From the NCBI GenBank assembly GCA_040390065.1, contig JAZJZE010000017.1:31274-95273 (forward strand): a stretch of DNA of 64,000 nucleotides. The letters are read 5' to 3'. The notes under the pieces were generated by a model, which was not told the DNA's origin, did no database searches, and saw only the letters and a list, made by a program, of their open reading frames with translations. Below, piece by piece: positions 33,866 to 43,396 of this stretch. The stretch's first letter is position 1. Each line of letters begins with the position of its first letter. The position numbers were made by a program, and so were the translations under genes. Source of the DNA: a bacterium. GTDB taxonomy: Archaea; Thermoplasmatota; E2; JACPAO01; JAHFTW01.

Positions 33866-35341
33866 ATGAAGGGCCTCCTTCTCGCTGGAATCCTGGTCGC
33901 CGCCCTGCTGGCGGGTTGTGCGCAGACCTCCACCACGTCGACGTCGACGACGGAGCAGTCGAGCACGGTGACGCGCTACAGCCCACCCTTCGACACGATG
34001 CCCGAAGGCGCCGGCCACGACCACGCGGATGCATCACAGCACAAGTTCCTCTGGCACTACAACTTCACCGCCCGCGACCCCCTGCTGTCCAACACGGCGG
34101 ACATTGCGGGCTTGCACGCCATCGATCTGCAGGCCGGCTACCTCTTCGGCGCCGTGTACGGCTCGCACGCCTTCATGGTGGACGGCGGCGTGCAAATCTG
34201 GGACGTCAAGTCCGACCCGGCGCACCCGAAGGAACTCGGCCGCTGGACCATCCCTGGCTCCGTCGGCGGCGACCGCTCCATCGGCGCCACCGTCGACGGC
34301 GACTACGTCGTCATCGGCACGGAGCCCATCGACTGCCTCGGCCACGTCAACCCCGCGGCGCCAGCGGCAAGCGCCTACCTCATCGACGCACGCGACAAGA
34401 CGCACCCCGTCGTCTCGGACTTCATCAACATCGCCGGCGGCACGATCGGCAACCCGACGGCGCAGCACCGCCGCCTGTCGACGCACTCCGTCTTCGTCGC
34501 ACGCATCGGCGAACAGGACTACGCCTCCATCTTCGGCGACCTGTACCGCATCGACCGCACCGAACTTGCGGCGGCGCGCCTGGTCTACGTGTCGCACATC
34601 AACACGGGCCACGACGTCTACATCCGCCAGACGCCATGGAACACGACGTGGGCCCTGTCGGCCAACGGCGGCGGGGGCGGCGGCGACCTCGGCAAGGGGC
34701 TCGTCATCTTCGACATCACCGACCCGGCCAAGCCCTTCGAGATCGGCGAATGGGACCGCGCCGACCACAACGAGGTCGGCTACTACTTCCACACGGCGGA
34801 CGTCGACTTCGTCGGCAACCAGACCCTCGTGCTGCTGAGCTCGGAGGACTTCGGGCCGCACGTCAGCCCCTTCTGGGTCCTCGACGGCAACCCGCTCTCC
34901 AACGTCACGGCCGGGCAGGAACCCGTCGTCCTTACGCAACTCGGCGAATGGCACAACCCATACAACCACACGGCCGCCAACATCCGCTTCAGCTTGCACA
35001 ACCCGCGCTGGAGCGACCACGGCATCCTCACCTTGGCAAGCTACCACGCCGGCTTCTTCCAGTTCGACATGCGTGACCCGAGTTTCTGGGAGAACCCGAG
35101 CCTCGTCGCCGACGGCGCCTACGCCGACGGAACGCCGCCCGCCGTCATCGACCCCGTCGAGCAGACCGTCGAGAACACGGAATGCGCCCTCGGCATCGAC
35201 ATCGACGCCCCCGAATACATGGACGTCGCCGTCGGCCCCCACGGCGTGCTCTACTTCGGCGACGTCTTCATGGGCCTCTACACGTTCGTGCCCAGCGCCG
35301 ACCACCCGCTGTACGGGAAGAACACGGCCAACCCGCTGTAG
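33866..35341 (+). CDS. LVIVD-repeat-like beta-propeller lipoprotein
   Basis: Lipobox LLAGC plus a Ser/Thr linker, and repeats of the type VQIWDVKSDPAHP, AYLIDARDKTHP and LVIFDITDPAKP. Confidence 0.7.
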   Translation: MKGLLLAGILVAALLAGCAQTSTTSTSTTEQSSTVTRYSPPFDTMPEGAGHDHADASQHKFLWHYNFTARDPLLSNTADIAGLHAIDLQAGYLFGAVYGSHAFMVDGGVQIWDVKSDPAHPKELGRWTIPGSVGGDRSIGATVDGDYVVIGTEPIDCLGHVNPAAPAASAYLIDARDKTHPVVSDFINIAGGTIGNPTAQHRRLSTHSVFVARIGEQDYASIFGDLYRIDRTELAAARLVYVSHINTGHDVYIRQTPWNTTWALSANGGGGGGDLGKGLVIFDITDPAKPFEIGEWDRADHNEVGYYFHTADVDFVGNQTLVLLSSEDFGPHVSPFWVLDGNPLSNVTAGQEPVVLTQLGEWHNPYNHTAANIRFSLHNPRWSDHGILTLASYHAGFFQFDMRDPSFWENPSLVADGAYADGTPPAVIDPVEQTVENTECALGIDIDAPEYMDVAVGPHGVLYFGDVFMGLYTFVPSADHPLYGKNTANPL

Positions 35342-35776
35342 CGCGGCCAAACGGCGCTCGCTCCGCTCGGCCGTGTGGCCGGGGCCAGATGCGGCCGACT
35401 CTGGGGCCCTCCGGGCCCCAGACCCCTCGGAGGAAAGGGCGGCCGCTCACACGGCGCGCCTCGTCGGCGCGCCGTTCCTGCCGCGCGCGCCGCGCCCTTC
35501 GGCGCGGTCGCGACGCGGCCTGCTCGCTGCGCTCGCGAGCGGCCGCCCAGGCCGCGGACTTGGGCTGCAGCGGCCGCAATGCGGCCCGTTCATCCACGCG
35601 CCCGCGCACGTCAGAATCCTGTGGGAGGCGGCCCGGGAGGGCCGGGTGCGAAGGCCCGGGCGGCCGAGCGCAGCGAGGCCGCCCAGTCCGCCAGGGGGTC
35701 TTAGGGGGCGCGCAGCGCCCCCTAGTGTCCTTCTTGCGCGCGGCCGAGCGCGACCGCGGCACAAACCCGTCTGCGA
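35342..35776. repeat. Hairpin-dense GC-rich spacer related to modules B/C
   Basis: Perfect stems are present: ctggggccc-tcc-gggccccag (35401-35421), ggcgcgcc-tcgtc-ggcgcgcc (35453-35473), ccgcgcc-cttc-ggcgcgg, and agggggcgc-gca-gcgccccct (35702-35722). The direct repeat cggccgagcgc occurs twice. Confidence 0.5.
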
Positions 35777-35848
35777 AGCCGCTGGCGTGAATCGAACACG
35801 CGACCACCTCCTTACCAAGGAGGTGCTCTACCTCTGAGCCACAGCGGC
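35777..35848 (-). tRNA. tRNA-Thr (anticodon GGU), no encoded CCA
   Basis: Hand-folded cloverleaf: GCCGCTG-TG-GCTC-AGAGGTA-GAGC-A-CCTCC-TTGGTAA-GGAGG-TGGTC-GCGTG-TTCGATT-CACGC-CAGCGGC-T. All stems are perfectly paired. Confidence 0.9.
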
Positions 35849-35908
35849 GGACAAGCGGCCGACTTTGGGGGCCTATTTGACCCCAGCGGACTGAAGCCAT
35901 ATCCTCAA

Positions 35909-35916
35909 GTTTTATG
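35909..35916 (+). promoter_or_regulatory. TATA-like box gTTTTATg
   Basis: About 31 nt upstream of the ATG at 35944. Confidence 0.35.
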
Positions 35917-35943
35917 CTCGAAGGCTCCGTATGAGGTGCTGCA

Positions 35944-36321
35944 ATGGTCACGACGGTGGACGAGATCCTCGAGGTGGTGCGGAGTAACCCGTTCATCGAT
36001 GGTGTGGGCTATTTCATTGAGGTCACGACGTCGCAGCCGGTTCCGGCCGCCGACGTGGCCGCTTTGACGGAGCGCATGCGGGACGCCTTCTGCGAGCACG
36101 CCCAGGTGAGCCTCGAAGGCAAGGACGTCCTTGGGCTCGACTTCCACGAGCACATCTTCACGCAGGGCGAGGGTGCCGACGACGACATGGAGGCGCTGGC
36201 GCACATCCTGCGCCACATCGAGCGCACCTACGGCATCGACCACTTGTGCATCGAGTTGCAGTTCGACCTCTCCCGGGCGCGCCACGCCAAGAAGGAGATC
36301 GACGAACTCCTCAAGCCGTAA
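35944..36321 (+). CDS. Hypothetical acidic cytoplasmic protein (125 aa)
   Basis: Clean ATG with a promoter box and balanced composition. No family recognised. Confidence 0.55.
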   Translation: MVTTVDEILEVVRSNPFIDGVGYFIEVTTSQPVPAADVAALTERMRDAFCEHAQVSLEGKDVLGLDFHEHIFTQGEGADDDMEALAHILRHIERTYGIDHLCIELQFDLSRARHAKKEIDELLKP

Positions 36322-36333
36322 GTCAGGCCGCAA

Positions 36334-36717
36334 TCAGTTCGCGACCCAGTGGGCCTTCACGTACGTGAGGGCGATCGTGGCAAGGATCCACAGCACCCAG
36401 GCGACGGCGCCGACGACGAAGCCTTGCGCCGGTTTGGCCCGGTACACGGCGGCCGTAACGAGGGAGAATGCAGCCAGGCCGAGCAGGAGGGCGACGATGT
36501 CGTACTTGTCCGTGAGGATGTAGGCGAGGTGGGCGCAGACGAGGCCGATCATGCCGGCGGCCATGGCCTTGTAGAAGTCGTCCTTGCGAAGCACGGCCTT
36601 GGCTGCAAGCCACGTGGCGACGCCGACGAGGAGCATGGAGATGAGGAGGGTGAGCACGCCGCTGGCATGCGTCATGTCGTAGTTGGGCGACGGCAGGCCC
36701 CACTGTTCCAGTCCCAT
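36334..36717 (-). CDS. Hypothetical 4-TM small membrane protein
   Basis: Internal ATG (MGLEQW...) and four hydrophobic spans. Size and topology resemble the next gene. Confidence 0.6.
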   Translation of the reverse strand: MGLEQWGLPSPNYDMTHASGVLTLLISMLLVGVATWLAAKAVLRKDDFYKAMAAGMIGLVCAHLAYILTDKYDIVALLLGLAAFSLVTAAVYRAKPAQGFVVGAVAWVLWILATIALTYVKAHWVAN

Positions 36718-36767
36718 GGCCCGTCCATCCCTGCCCCGACGGCTTAGGGGTTCCGGTTTTGCGCGGC

Positions 36768-37139
36768 CTAGGCGGGCGCCTTGTGGGCGTATTCCGCCAG
36801 GAGCCAGCGCACGAGCAGCCAAAGGAGGGCGGCCACGACGCCGATCACGGCGCCCTGCAGCCAGCGGGTGCGGAAGAAGATGGCCGCGACGAGCCCCCAG
36901 GCGAGGATGGCAAGCACCAGACCGAGCGTGCCACCGACTGCGCCCCAGATGAGGAAGGCCAGGAAGTTGCCGATGAGGACGGTGGCAATGGACGCCAAGA
37001 AGCCGCCGTGGCCTGCGACGATGCGTGCCGCCACGTAGACGAACAACGCCGTGATGAGGACGGTCACGAGGACGTCGACCCAGAATCCGCTGGTTCCCGC
37101 GTCCTGCTTCATCCAGTCCGCAAACGGGGTGATGTCCAT
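36768..37139 (-). CDS. Hypothetical 4-TM small membrane protein
   Basis: MDITPFADWMKQDAGTSGFWVDVLVTVLITALFVYVAARIV... Possibly a paralog of 36334..36717. Confidence 0.6.
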   Translation of the reverse strand: MDITPFADWMKQDAGTSGFWVDVLVTVLITALFVYVAARIVAGHGGFLASIATVLIGNFLAFLIWGAVGGTLGLVLAILAWGLVAAIFFRTRWLQGAVIGVVAALLWLLVRWLLAEYAHKAPA

Positions 37140-37235
37140 GCCTTGGCATCGCGCGCTGCGGTTAACCGCTTTCGGCCGCCGGCAAGCGACTCCCCCGCGG
37201 CACAACCGTTTTCGGCGCCGTCCCGTACGACGTGC

Positions 37236-39080
37236 GTGGCCGAGTCCCTGCGCGAACGCGTCGCGCGGCTGCCCCGCACGCCGGGGGTGTACAACTGGAA
37301 GGGCCGCGACGGCCAGATTCTTTACGTCGGCAAGGCGACGGACTTGCGCAGCCGTGTGGGCTCCTACCTCGACCCGGATTCGCCCAAGACGGAGGCGCTC
37401 ATGGCCGAGGCGGTGGACGTGGACTTCATCGCCGTGCGCACCGAGAAGGAAGCGCTCCTGCTCGAGCAGACGCAGATCAAGCTGCATCGGCCGCGCTTCA
37501 ACGTCCGCCTCAACGACGACAAGCAGTACCCGTACCTCAAGCTCACCGCCGAGCCGTACCCGCGGCTCCTCAAGGTGCACCGCCGCGAGGACGACAAGGC
37601 AACCTACTTCGGGCCGTTCCCCGACGGCACCGGTGCCTGGCACGTCCTGCAGGCCCTGCAAGACCTCGTGCCCCTGCGGCGCTGCCGCGTCCTTCCCAAA
37701 GAGAAGTGCCTGTACTACGACATCGGCAAGTGCGTCGCGCCCTGCATCGCGGCGTGCACCGACGCGGAGTACGACCTGCTCGTCGAGGAGGTCCGCGACC
37801 TGCTGGAAGGCAAGGCCGACCACCTCATCGGCCGCGTCCGCGAACGCATGGAGACGGCGGCCGCGGCGCAGGACTACGAGACCGCGGCGCGGCTGCGCGA
37901 CCAGCTGGGCGGACTTCGCGGCATCCTCGAACGCCAGCACATGGTGCAGGACAAGCTGGAGGACCGCGACATCGCGGCCATCGCGGCGCGCGGCGACCTG
38001 GCCGTCGTCACGCTACTCCATCAGCGGGACGGCAAGATCATCGGCCAGAGCCCCTTCGTGGTGACCGGCGTGCCGCCGGGCGAGGAGGGCGCGGCTCTGG
38101 CCGACTTCCTTCGCGGCTACTACCAGGACCGCGCGGTGCCGCGGTACGTGACGCTGGACGCCGAGGCCGACCTGGGCCCGCCGCTCGAGGGCGACCTGCG
38201 GCTGCTGCGCTCCGGCGCCGTGACCGTGGAGACCCCGGAGAAAGGCGGCAAGAGGCGCTGGGTCGACGTGGCCTTGACCAACGCGCGTCTTCGCCTCGAG
38301 GAGGAAGTGCACCGCCGCAGGCGCCGCGGTACCGGCGCCCTCGAGGCGCTGCAGCAGGCGCTCGGCCTGGAGGCGTTGCCGCGCGCCATCGAGGGCTTCG
38401 ACGTGAGCCACCTAGCTGGCGCGCACACGCGGGCCGCCATGGTGCGCTTCTCCGACGGCGAGCCGGACAAGGGGTCGTACCGGACCTTCAACATGCGCAC
38501 GGTCGGCGCGACCGCCGTCGCCGCCGGGACGGCCGCCGCGACGAAGGGCGCCGGCCGCGAGGTCGACGACTTCGCGTCCATCGGCGAGGCCGTCAAGCGA
38601 CGCTATGCCCGCGTGCTGAGCGAAGGCGACGCCCTGCCGGACTTGATCCTCATCGACGGCGGGCCGGGCCAGCTCGCAGCGGCGCGCCAAGCGCTCGAAG
38701 CGCTGGGTCTGCTGCGCGTGCCTCTGTGCTCGCTGGCCAAGGAGGAGGAACTGGTCTTCCGGCCGGGGCGTCTGCAGCCGTTGCGGCTGTCCCGCAACGA
38801 CGCGGCACTGCAACTCCTGCAGCGGGTGCGCGACGAGGCGCACCGCTTCGGCATCACGCAGGTGCGCCGCAAGGGGGTGCAGGACGTCACGTCCAGTCCC
38901 CTCGACGACGTGCCCGGCGTCGGGCCCAAGCGCCGGGCCGAGCTGGTGCGCCTCTTCGGCGGCCTCGAAGGCCTGCGGGCGGCGCACGTCGAGGACCTCG
39001 TGAAGGTCCGCGGCATCACGGCGGCGATGGCGCGGGGAATCCTGGCGGCCCTTGGCGGGCCCGCAACGGCGGAGGCGTAG
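37236..39080 (+). CDS. uvrC: Excinuclease ABC subunit C
   Basis: GIY-YIG (PGVYNWKGRDGQILYVGKATDLRSRV), UvrBC domain (YETAARLRDQL), RNase H-like endonuclease, and a C-terminal HhH. GTG start. Confidence 0.9.
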   Translation: MAESLRERVARLPRTPGVYNWKGRDGQILYVGKATDLRSRVGSYLDPDSPKTEALMAEAVDVDFIAVRTEKEALLLEQTQIKLHRPRFNVRLNDDKQYPYLKLTAEPYPRLLKVHRREDDKATYFGPFPDGTGAWHVLQALQDLVPLRRCRVLPKEKCLYYDIGKCVAPCIAACTDAEYDLLVEEVRDLLEGKADHLIGRVRERMETAAAAQDYETAARLRDQLGGLRGILERQHMVQDKLEDRDIAAIAARGDLAVVTLLHQRDGKIIGQSPFVVTGVPPGEEGAALADFLRGYYQDRAVPRYVTLDAEADLGPPLEGDLRLLRSGAVTVETPEKGGKRRWVDVALTNARLRLEEEVHRRRRRGTGALEALQQALGLEALPRAIEGFDVSHLAGAHTRAAMVRFSDGEPDKGSYRTFNMRTVGATAVAAGTAAATKGAGREVDDFASIGEAVKRRYARVLSEGDALPDLILIDGGPGQLAAARQALEALGLLRVPLCSLAKEEELVFRPGRLQPLRLSRNDAALQLLQRVRDEAHRFGITQVRRKGVQDVTSSPLDDVPGVGPKRRAELVRLFGGLEGLRAAHVEDLVKVRGITAAMARGILAALGGPATAEA

Positions 39081-39089
39081 GCGCTCGCC

Positions 39090-40052
39090 TCAGGCGCGCC
39101 GCGTGGCGCGCGCCGGAGGAACGGCGGGCTTGGCCGTGAACGGCTGGTGCGTCGCGATCGTGGGCAGGTCGGCCTTGGCGAAGCCTTCCGGCACCTCGCC
39201 GGTCGTGGCGTACCAGTACAGGGTGGCGCGCATCGCGGCGGCAAGGCTCGACGCGAAGGAGAAGACGAGGCCGCCGATGATGACGGGTGGCAAGACGGCG
39301 CCCCAGCCCTTGACGCCGAGGGCGCCCTGGAAGATGCCTTGGGCGACGATGCTGGTGAGCACCCAGACGCCGATGAAGAGGGTGCTGGAGCCGAGGATCA
39401 AGCCGGTCCACGTCTTGCGCACGTTCGTCCAGGCCGAGCGCAGGGCCGACAACGGGCCGGCGCGTTCGTAGACGATGATGGGCAGCATGAGGTACGTGAC
39501 GGCCGTCAGCAGGAGGCGGAAGGCGCGGTTGAGCCAGCGGCCCGCGAAGGGGATCATGCGGAAGACGAACCCGGTCAGGTACTTCACCCAGGCAACGAGC
39601 GTTGCAAGGACGATGGCCATGAGGAGCAGTCGGCCCAGGTTGCGGCCTGCGAGGCCGAAGGCCTTGCCGAGGTGGGCGTCGCGCGTGCGGATCTGCTGCG
39701 TCGCCATGTCCATGCCGACGGTCGTGACGAACAGCGCGCCCCACAGGAAGAAGGTCATCCAGATGGCCCAGATCACGTAGCCGGTCAGGATGGCGGACGT
39801 GACCGCCCACTGGTAGTTGTGCGCATCCCAGGCGCTGACGGAGAGGGCAAAGACGCCGCGCCAGAACGCGTGGCTGGAGTCGGGGTGGTTCTGCTCGAGC
39901 CAGACGAAGAAGTTGACGGGGCCGAGAATCAGTGCCGTCGTCCACGCGAGCGTGAGGAGGGGCAGGGTCAGCACGATGGGCTTGCGGAAGATGAGGCGGA
40001 AGGAAGCCCCGGTCAGGCGCATGCTCGTCTGGAAGTTGGAGACAATCCCCAT
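39090..40052 (-). CDS. Hypothetical polytopic membrane protein
   Basis: Start at MGIVSNFQ; 6 or more hydrophobic spans. A promoter box at 40076-40083 overlaps the pheT stop. Confidence 0.65.
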   Translation of the reverse strand: MGIVSNFQTSMRLTGASFRLIFRKPIVLTLPLLTLAWTTALILGPVNFFVWLEQNHPDSSHAFWRGVFALSVSAWDAHNYQWAVTSAILTGYVIWAIWMTFFLWGALFVTTVGMDMATQQIRTRDAHLGKAFGLAGRNLGRLLLMAIVLATLVAWVKYLTGFVFRMIPFAGRWLNRAFRLLLTAVTYLMLPIIVYERAGPLSALRSAWTNVRKTWTGLILGSSTLFIGVWVLTSIVAQGIFQGALGVKGWGAVLPPVIIGGLVFSFASSLAAAMRATLYWYATTGEVPEGFAKADLPTIATHQPFTAKPAVPPARATRRA

Positions 40053-40075
40053 GCCGCCGCGACTCGAGAGCGGGG

Positions 40076-40083
40076 CCTTAAGG
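40076..40083 (-). promoter_or_regulatory. TATA-like box ccTTAAgg overlapping pheT stop codon
   Basis: About 27 nt upstream of the minus-strand ATG at 40052. Confidence 0.4.
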
Positions 40084-41724
40084 TTTGGCGCCCACGGCCT
40101 GCAAGTCGAGTTCGAAGGCCATGGCCGGCGCCGCAAGGCCGAAGGCAACGACCGTGTCGGGGTGCAACTCGCCGAACCAGCCGACCTCGACCGTTCCCGC
40201 CAGGATGCGGCCTTGCCGACCCTTGACGAGGCCCGGGCGTGTGCCCGGGTCCAGCCGCAGCGGCAAGGCAGCGTCACGCAGGAGCGACTCGACGAGGCCC
40301 TTTGCCTCGGAGAACCCGGTGCGCGCCGCCACCTCGACGCCCGCGACGTGCAGGCGGTTGTGCCAAGCCTTGCCCGTCGGCACGACGACGTAGCCGATCT
40401 CGAAGAGGCGCTGCGGCAGGCTGCGGTGGCGGTTCGTGGCCAAGACGCGAAGGAGACTTGGAGCAAGGTGCTCCCGCAGGATGGTCTGGTCCTCGACGAC
40501 CGGGTTGAGGAGGGCCACGGCGGTCTCCGGTCTGGCCCCCCACGCGGCCCACTGGGCTTTCGCGTCGGACAACGTCAACGTCCGCGCCTCGTTCCAGCCG
40601 TGGCCGACCAGAAGCGAACGCAAGGCGTCCTCGACGTCTTGCAGCGGCAGTTTGCCCGCGAAGGTGGCCCGCTTCGGCAAGTTGCCGGGGAAGCGGTCGA
40701 AGCCGTAGCCGATGCCAACGTCCTCCAAGAGATCGACGGGGTGCAGGATGTCCTGGCGCCAGGCCGCGACCTTGACGTGCACCTTGTTGTCGTAGGCGTC
40801 GGCGTCGTGGCCCATGCGGCGCAGGCACGCGGCCACGTCGGGGCCGGTCCAGTCGAGCCCCAGAAGTGCGGACACGTCGTCGGCATGCAGGACGTGTTCG
40901 CTCGGAGTGAGGTCGGGAGACGTCCACGTCCCTGACGCGTCGTGCACGGTGACAGCCTCGATGGTGCCGCCGCGTTCGGCAAAGCCCGTGGCCAAGAGCG
41001 CGATGGTTTGGCGGACCGCCCGCGCGTCCGTGCCGGTGACGTCGAGGAGGAGGTCGCGCGTGCGCTCGGTGACTGCCGTCCTGGCAGCGTTGATGATGGG
41101 TGGCATCGACAGGACGTCGCCCTTGCCGTCGAGGAAAACCGGGAAGCGCCCGCCGGAGACGAGGTGGCCGTACTCGATGCCTTTCGGATGCGTTGCAAGA
41201 ATCTGCTGCGGCGTCTGCGGCGTCGTGCCGGCAAGCGGCACGAACGGCTTGTCCTTCGGGCCCACCGTCGTGTAGGTGAAAGGCCCGCTGACACCGGACG
41301 CGTCGTGAACGCCGATTGCGATCTTGCGCCGCTTGCGCCCTGGACTGAAGGTGAGTTTCTCCTGCGCGTCGATGACCGTCTGAACGTAGGCCGCATCGAA
41401 GGGTACGCCGCGCACGAAGCACAATGCAGCATGCGGGCGAACGGCGGCGACGGAGGGGTCGACGCGCAACTCGGTTTTCGGCTTCGCCACCTCGTACTTG
41501 GGCAACCCTGTCTTGACGTCAAGAAACGCGCGCAAGGCGCGGCCCGTGCCTTCCAGGGTCAGAAGGTCCGGGCGATTGGGGAACCACTCGATCGTGATGG
41601 CGTCGCCCTGGACCTTGTCGAGGTCGCCACCCATCATGGGCATACGTTCGGCCAGCGTCGCGGTCGGGACCTTGCGGCCGATGACGCGGCACAAGTCGGC
41701 CGCCTGGAACGTCACGACGGGCAT
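40078..41724 (-). CDS. pheT: Phenylalanine--tRNA ligase beta subunit, archaeal type
   Basis: MPVVTFQAADLCRVIGRKV, WFPNRPDLLTLEGTGRAL, B3_4/B5-like middle region, ~548 aa without a bacterial anticodon-binding domain. Confidence 0.9.
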   Translation of the reverse strand: MPVVTFQAADLCRVIGRKVPTATLAERMPMMGGDLDKVQGDAITIEWFPNRPDLLTLEGTGRALRAFLDVKTGLPKYEVAKPKTELRVDPSVAAVRPHAALCFVRGVPFDAAYVQTVIDAQEKLTFSPGRKRRKIAIGVHDASGVSGPFTYTTVGPKDKPFVPLAGTTPQTPQQILATHPKGIEYGHLVSGGRFPVFLDGKGDVLSMPPIINAARTAVTERTRDLLLDVTGTDARAVRQTIALLATGFAERGGTIEAVTVHDASGTWTSPDLTPSEHVLHADDVSALLGLDWTGPDVAACLRRMGHDADAYDNKVHVKVAAWRQDILHPVDLLEDVGIGYGFDRFPGNLPKRATFAGKLPLQDVEDALRSLLVGHGWNEARTLTLSDAKAQWAAWGARPETAVALLNPVVEDQTILREHLAPSLLRVLATNRHRSLPQRLFEIGYVVVPTGKAWHNRLHVAGVEVAARTGFSEAKGLVESLLRDAALPLRLDPGTRPGLVKGRQGRILAGTVEVGWFGELHPDTVVAFGLAAPAMAFELDLQAVGAKP

Positions 41725-41751
41725 CGGCGGCCGTGGACGCCTGGATTGGCG

Positions 41752-41757
41752 TATAAA
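41752..41757. promoter_or_regulatory. Shared TATAAA box between divergent pheT and HMG-CoA reductase
   Basis: About 30 nt from the pheT ATG (41724) and about 25 nt from the GTG at 41780. Confidence 0.45.
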
Positions 41758-41779
41758 GCCGGCGTGCGGTGTGGCCGGC

Positions 41780-42955
41780 GTGACGCAAGCCGAGGGCACC
41801 TCCGACACGCCCCGCTGGTCCGGCTTCCATCGGCTCGGCCGGACGGCGCGGCTGCAACGCGTGCGGGAGCACGGCAGGATGACGGAGCAGGAGATGGATG
41901 CGCTCACTCGACTGTCGGCCCTCCCGCACGACCTCGCGGAGGCCTTCATCGAGAACGTCGTCGGGACCTTTCCCCTCCCCGTCGGGCTCGCCGTGAACTT
42001 CGTCGTCGACGGCACGCCGGTCGCCGTCCCCATGGCTGTGGAAGAGTCCTCGGTTGTCGCGGCCGCAAGCCACGGCGCCAAACTGGCCGCTGCAGGCGGC
42101 GGGTTTCGCACGAAGGTGGCGGCGCCCGTCTCCATCGGGCAAGTCGAGTTGCGCAACGTCGCTCGACCGGCTCTTGCAAAACGCGTCATCGCCAAGAACA
42201 CGGCTGGATGGATCCGCGGCCTCAACAAGACCATTCCCCGCATGGTCGCCCGCGGCGGCGGCGCGCGCGCCATCGAGGTCCACGCGGCAGGAAAAGGGCG
42301 ACTCGTCATCCACCTCCTCGTCGACACACGTGACGCGATGGGCGCCAACGCCGTCAACACGCTCTGTGAACGATTGGGTCCGCTTGCGGCGCAGGCCACG
42401 GGTGCAACCCTTGGCCTCTGCATCCTCACCAACCTGGCAGACCGCCGGCTGGCCACCGCGTCCTGCATCGTTCCAGCCAAGGCGCTTGGCGGCGCCGCCG
42501 CGGTGCGCGCCATCGTCGCAGCCAACGACTTCGCCGTGGCCGACCCGTACCGCGCCGCGACCCACAACAAGGGCATCATGAATGGCATCGACCCGGTCCT
42601 CGTCGCGACGGGCAACGACTGGCGCGCCGTCGAAGCGGGAGCCCACGCGTATGCCGCACGACATGGCCAGTACGGGCCCCTGACGACGTACAAGGCGACC
42701 GCGAAAGGGCTGCACGCCTCGCTCACTATGCCCATGGCGGTCGGGACCGTCGGTGGTGTCACCCGGCTGCACCCCACGGCTGCGGCGGTCCTGAAGGTCA
42801 TGGGCAATCCGGACGCCCGTCGCCTGGCGAGCATCGCAGTCAGCGTCGGACTGGCCCAGAACCTCGCCGCCCTCAAGGCGCTGGCGGGGGAGGGCATCCA
42901 GAAGGGCCACATGGCCCTCCATAAGAGGAATCTCGACCTCGTGCGGGCTAAATAG
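41780..42955 (+). CDS. hmgA: HMG-CoA reductase, class II type
   Basis: ENVVGTFPLPVGLAVNF, PMAVEESSVVAAASHGAKL, DTRDAMGANAVNT, and ATHNKGIMNGIDPV. GTG start (41771 is also possible). Confidence 0.88.
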   Translation: MTQAEGTSDTPRWSGFHRLGRTARLQRVREHGRMTEQEMDALTRLSALPHDLAEAFIENVVGTFPLPVGLAVNFVVDGTPVAVPMAVEESSVVAAASHGAKLAAAGGGFRTKVAAPVSIGQVELRNVARPALAKRVIAKNTAGWIRGLNKTIPRMVARGGGARAIEVHAAGKGRLVIHLLVDTRDAMGANAVNTLCERLGPLAAQATGATLGLCILTNLADRRLATASCIVPAKALGGAAAVRAIVAANDFAVADPYRAATHNKGIMNGIDPVLVATGNDWRAVEAGAHAYAARHGQYGPLTTYKATAKGLHASLTMPMAVGTVGGVTRLHPTAAAVLKVMGNPDARRLASIAVSVGLAQNLAALKALAGEGIQKGHMALHKRNLDLVRAK

Positions 42956-43028
42956 GCCCCCTGCCCCGGTTCGGTCCCTTCCTAATCTTCCCATAAACGT
43001 TATCTGTCACGGCAGTGATAACAACTCC

Positions 43029-43379
43029 ATGGGGTCGCTGTTGCGGGTCTTGTCCGACAAGATGCGGATGCTCCGCGAGGACGCAGTCGCAGTCTCGCAA
43101 GTCGTGGAGGACGCCTTTGCCGGCAAGTCCGAACTCGACGACGAATTCCTCGGCAAGGACCTCCGCCAGGTCTTCTACGACCTGCAGGACGTCAAGATCC
43201 TCGATGTGCGTCGCGTGGAGTCCCGCGAGGACGGCCAGTCGCGCCGCCATTACCTTTGGAGCATCCGTGACGACGAGGACTTCGGGCCAGCCCCCGAGGC
43301 ACCCAAGCCCGATGCCGCCGAGCGCGTCTACGCTCGCCTAGGCGAGCAGGCCTGGGAACGCCGCAACGTCCCTGAGTAG
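43029..43379 (+). CDS. Hypothetical charged cytoplasmic protein (116 aa)
   Basis: ATG with a cataaacg box about 33 nt upstream. No family recognised. Confidence 0.55.
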   Translation: MGSLLRVLSDKMRMLREDAVAVSQVVEDAFAGKSELDDEFLGKDLRQVFYDLQDVKILDVRRVESREDGQSRRHYLWSIRDDEDFGPAPEAPKPDAAERVYARLGEQAWERRNVPE

Positions 43380-43396
43380 CCGCCTTTCGCCCCGCT

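Noticed and set aside
35342-35776. RNase P RNA or SRP (7S) RNA hidden in the GC-rich tract next to the tRNA. The string ggaggaaaggg at about 35429 resembles the CR-I GAGGAAAGUCC.
   Set aside because: The match stops after GAGGAAAG. I could not find CR-IV/CR-V-like ACAGAA..CGGCUUA, GGUGAAA, or the SRP helix-8 CCGGAAGGRAGCA motif on either strand. The apparent long-range pairings rely on self-complementary GCGGCCGC-type strings.
31549-35848. An integrated element delimited by the two tRNA-Thr genes.
   Set aside because: There is no integrase or recombinase, and no duplicated tRNA 3' segment. The GC content is host-like, and the two tRNAs are different isoacceptors with unrelated sequences.
41498-41779. 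Longer N-terminal extensions offered by the ORF track for HMG-CoA reductase (41498), nop5 (60028), uvrC (36759), pheT (42912), the histidine kinase (15610) and others.
   Set aside because: The extensions run antisense through neighbouring genes or repeat modules and are Arg-rich. Conserved family N-termini and the TATA-box spacing support the internal starts chosen.
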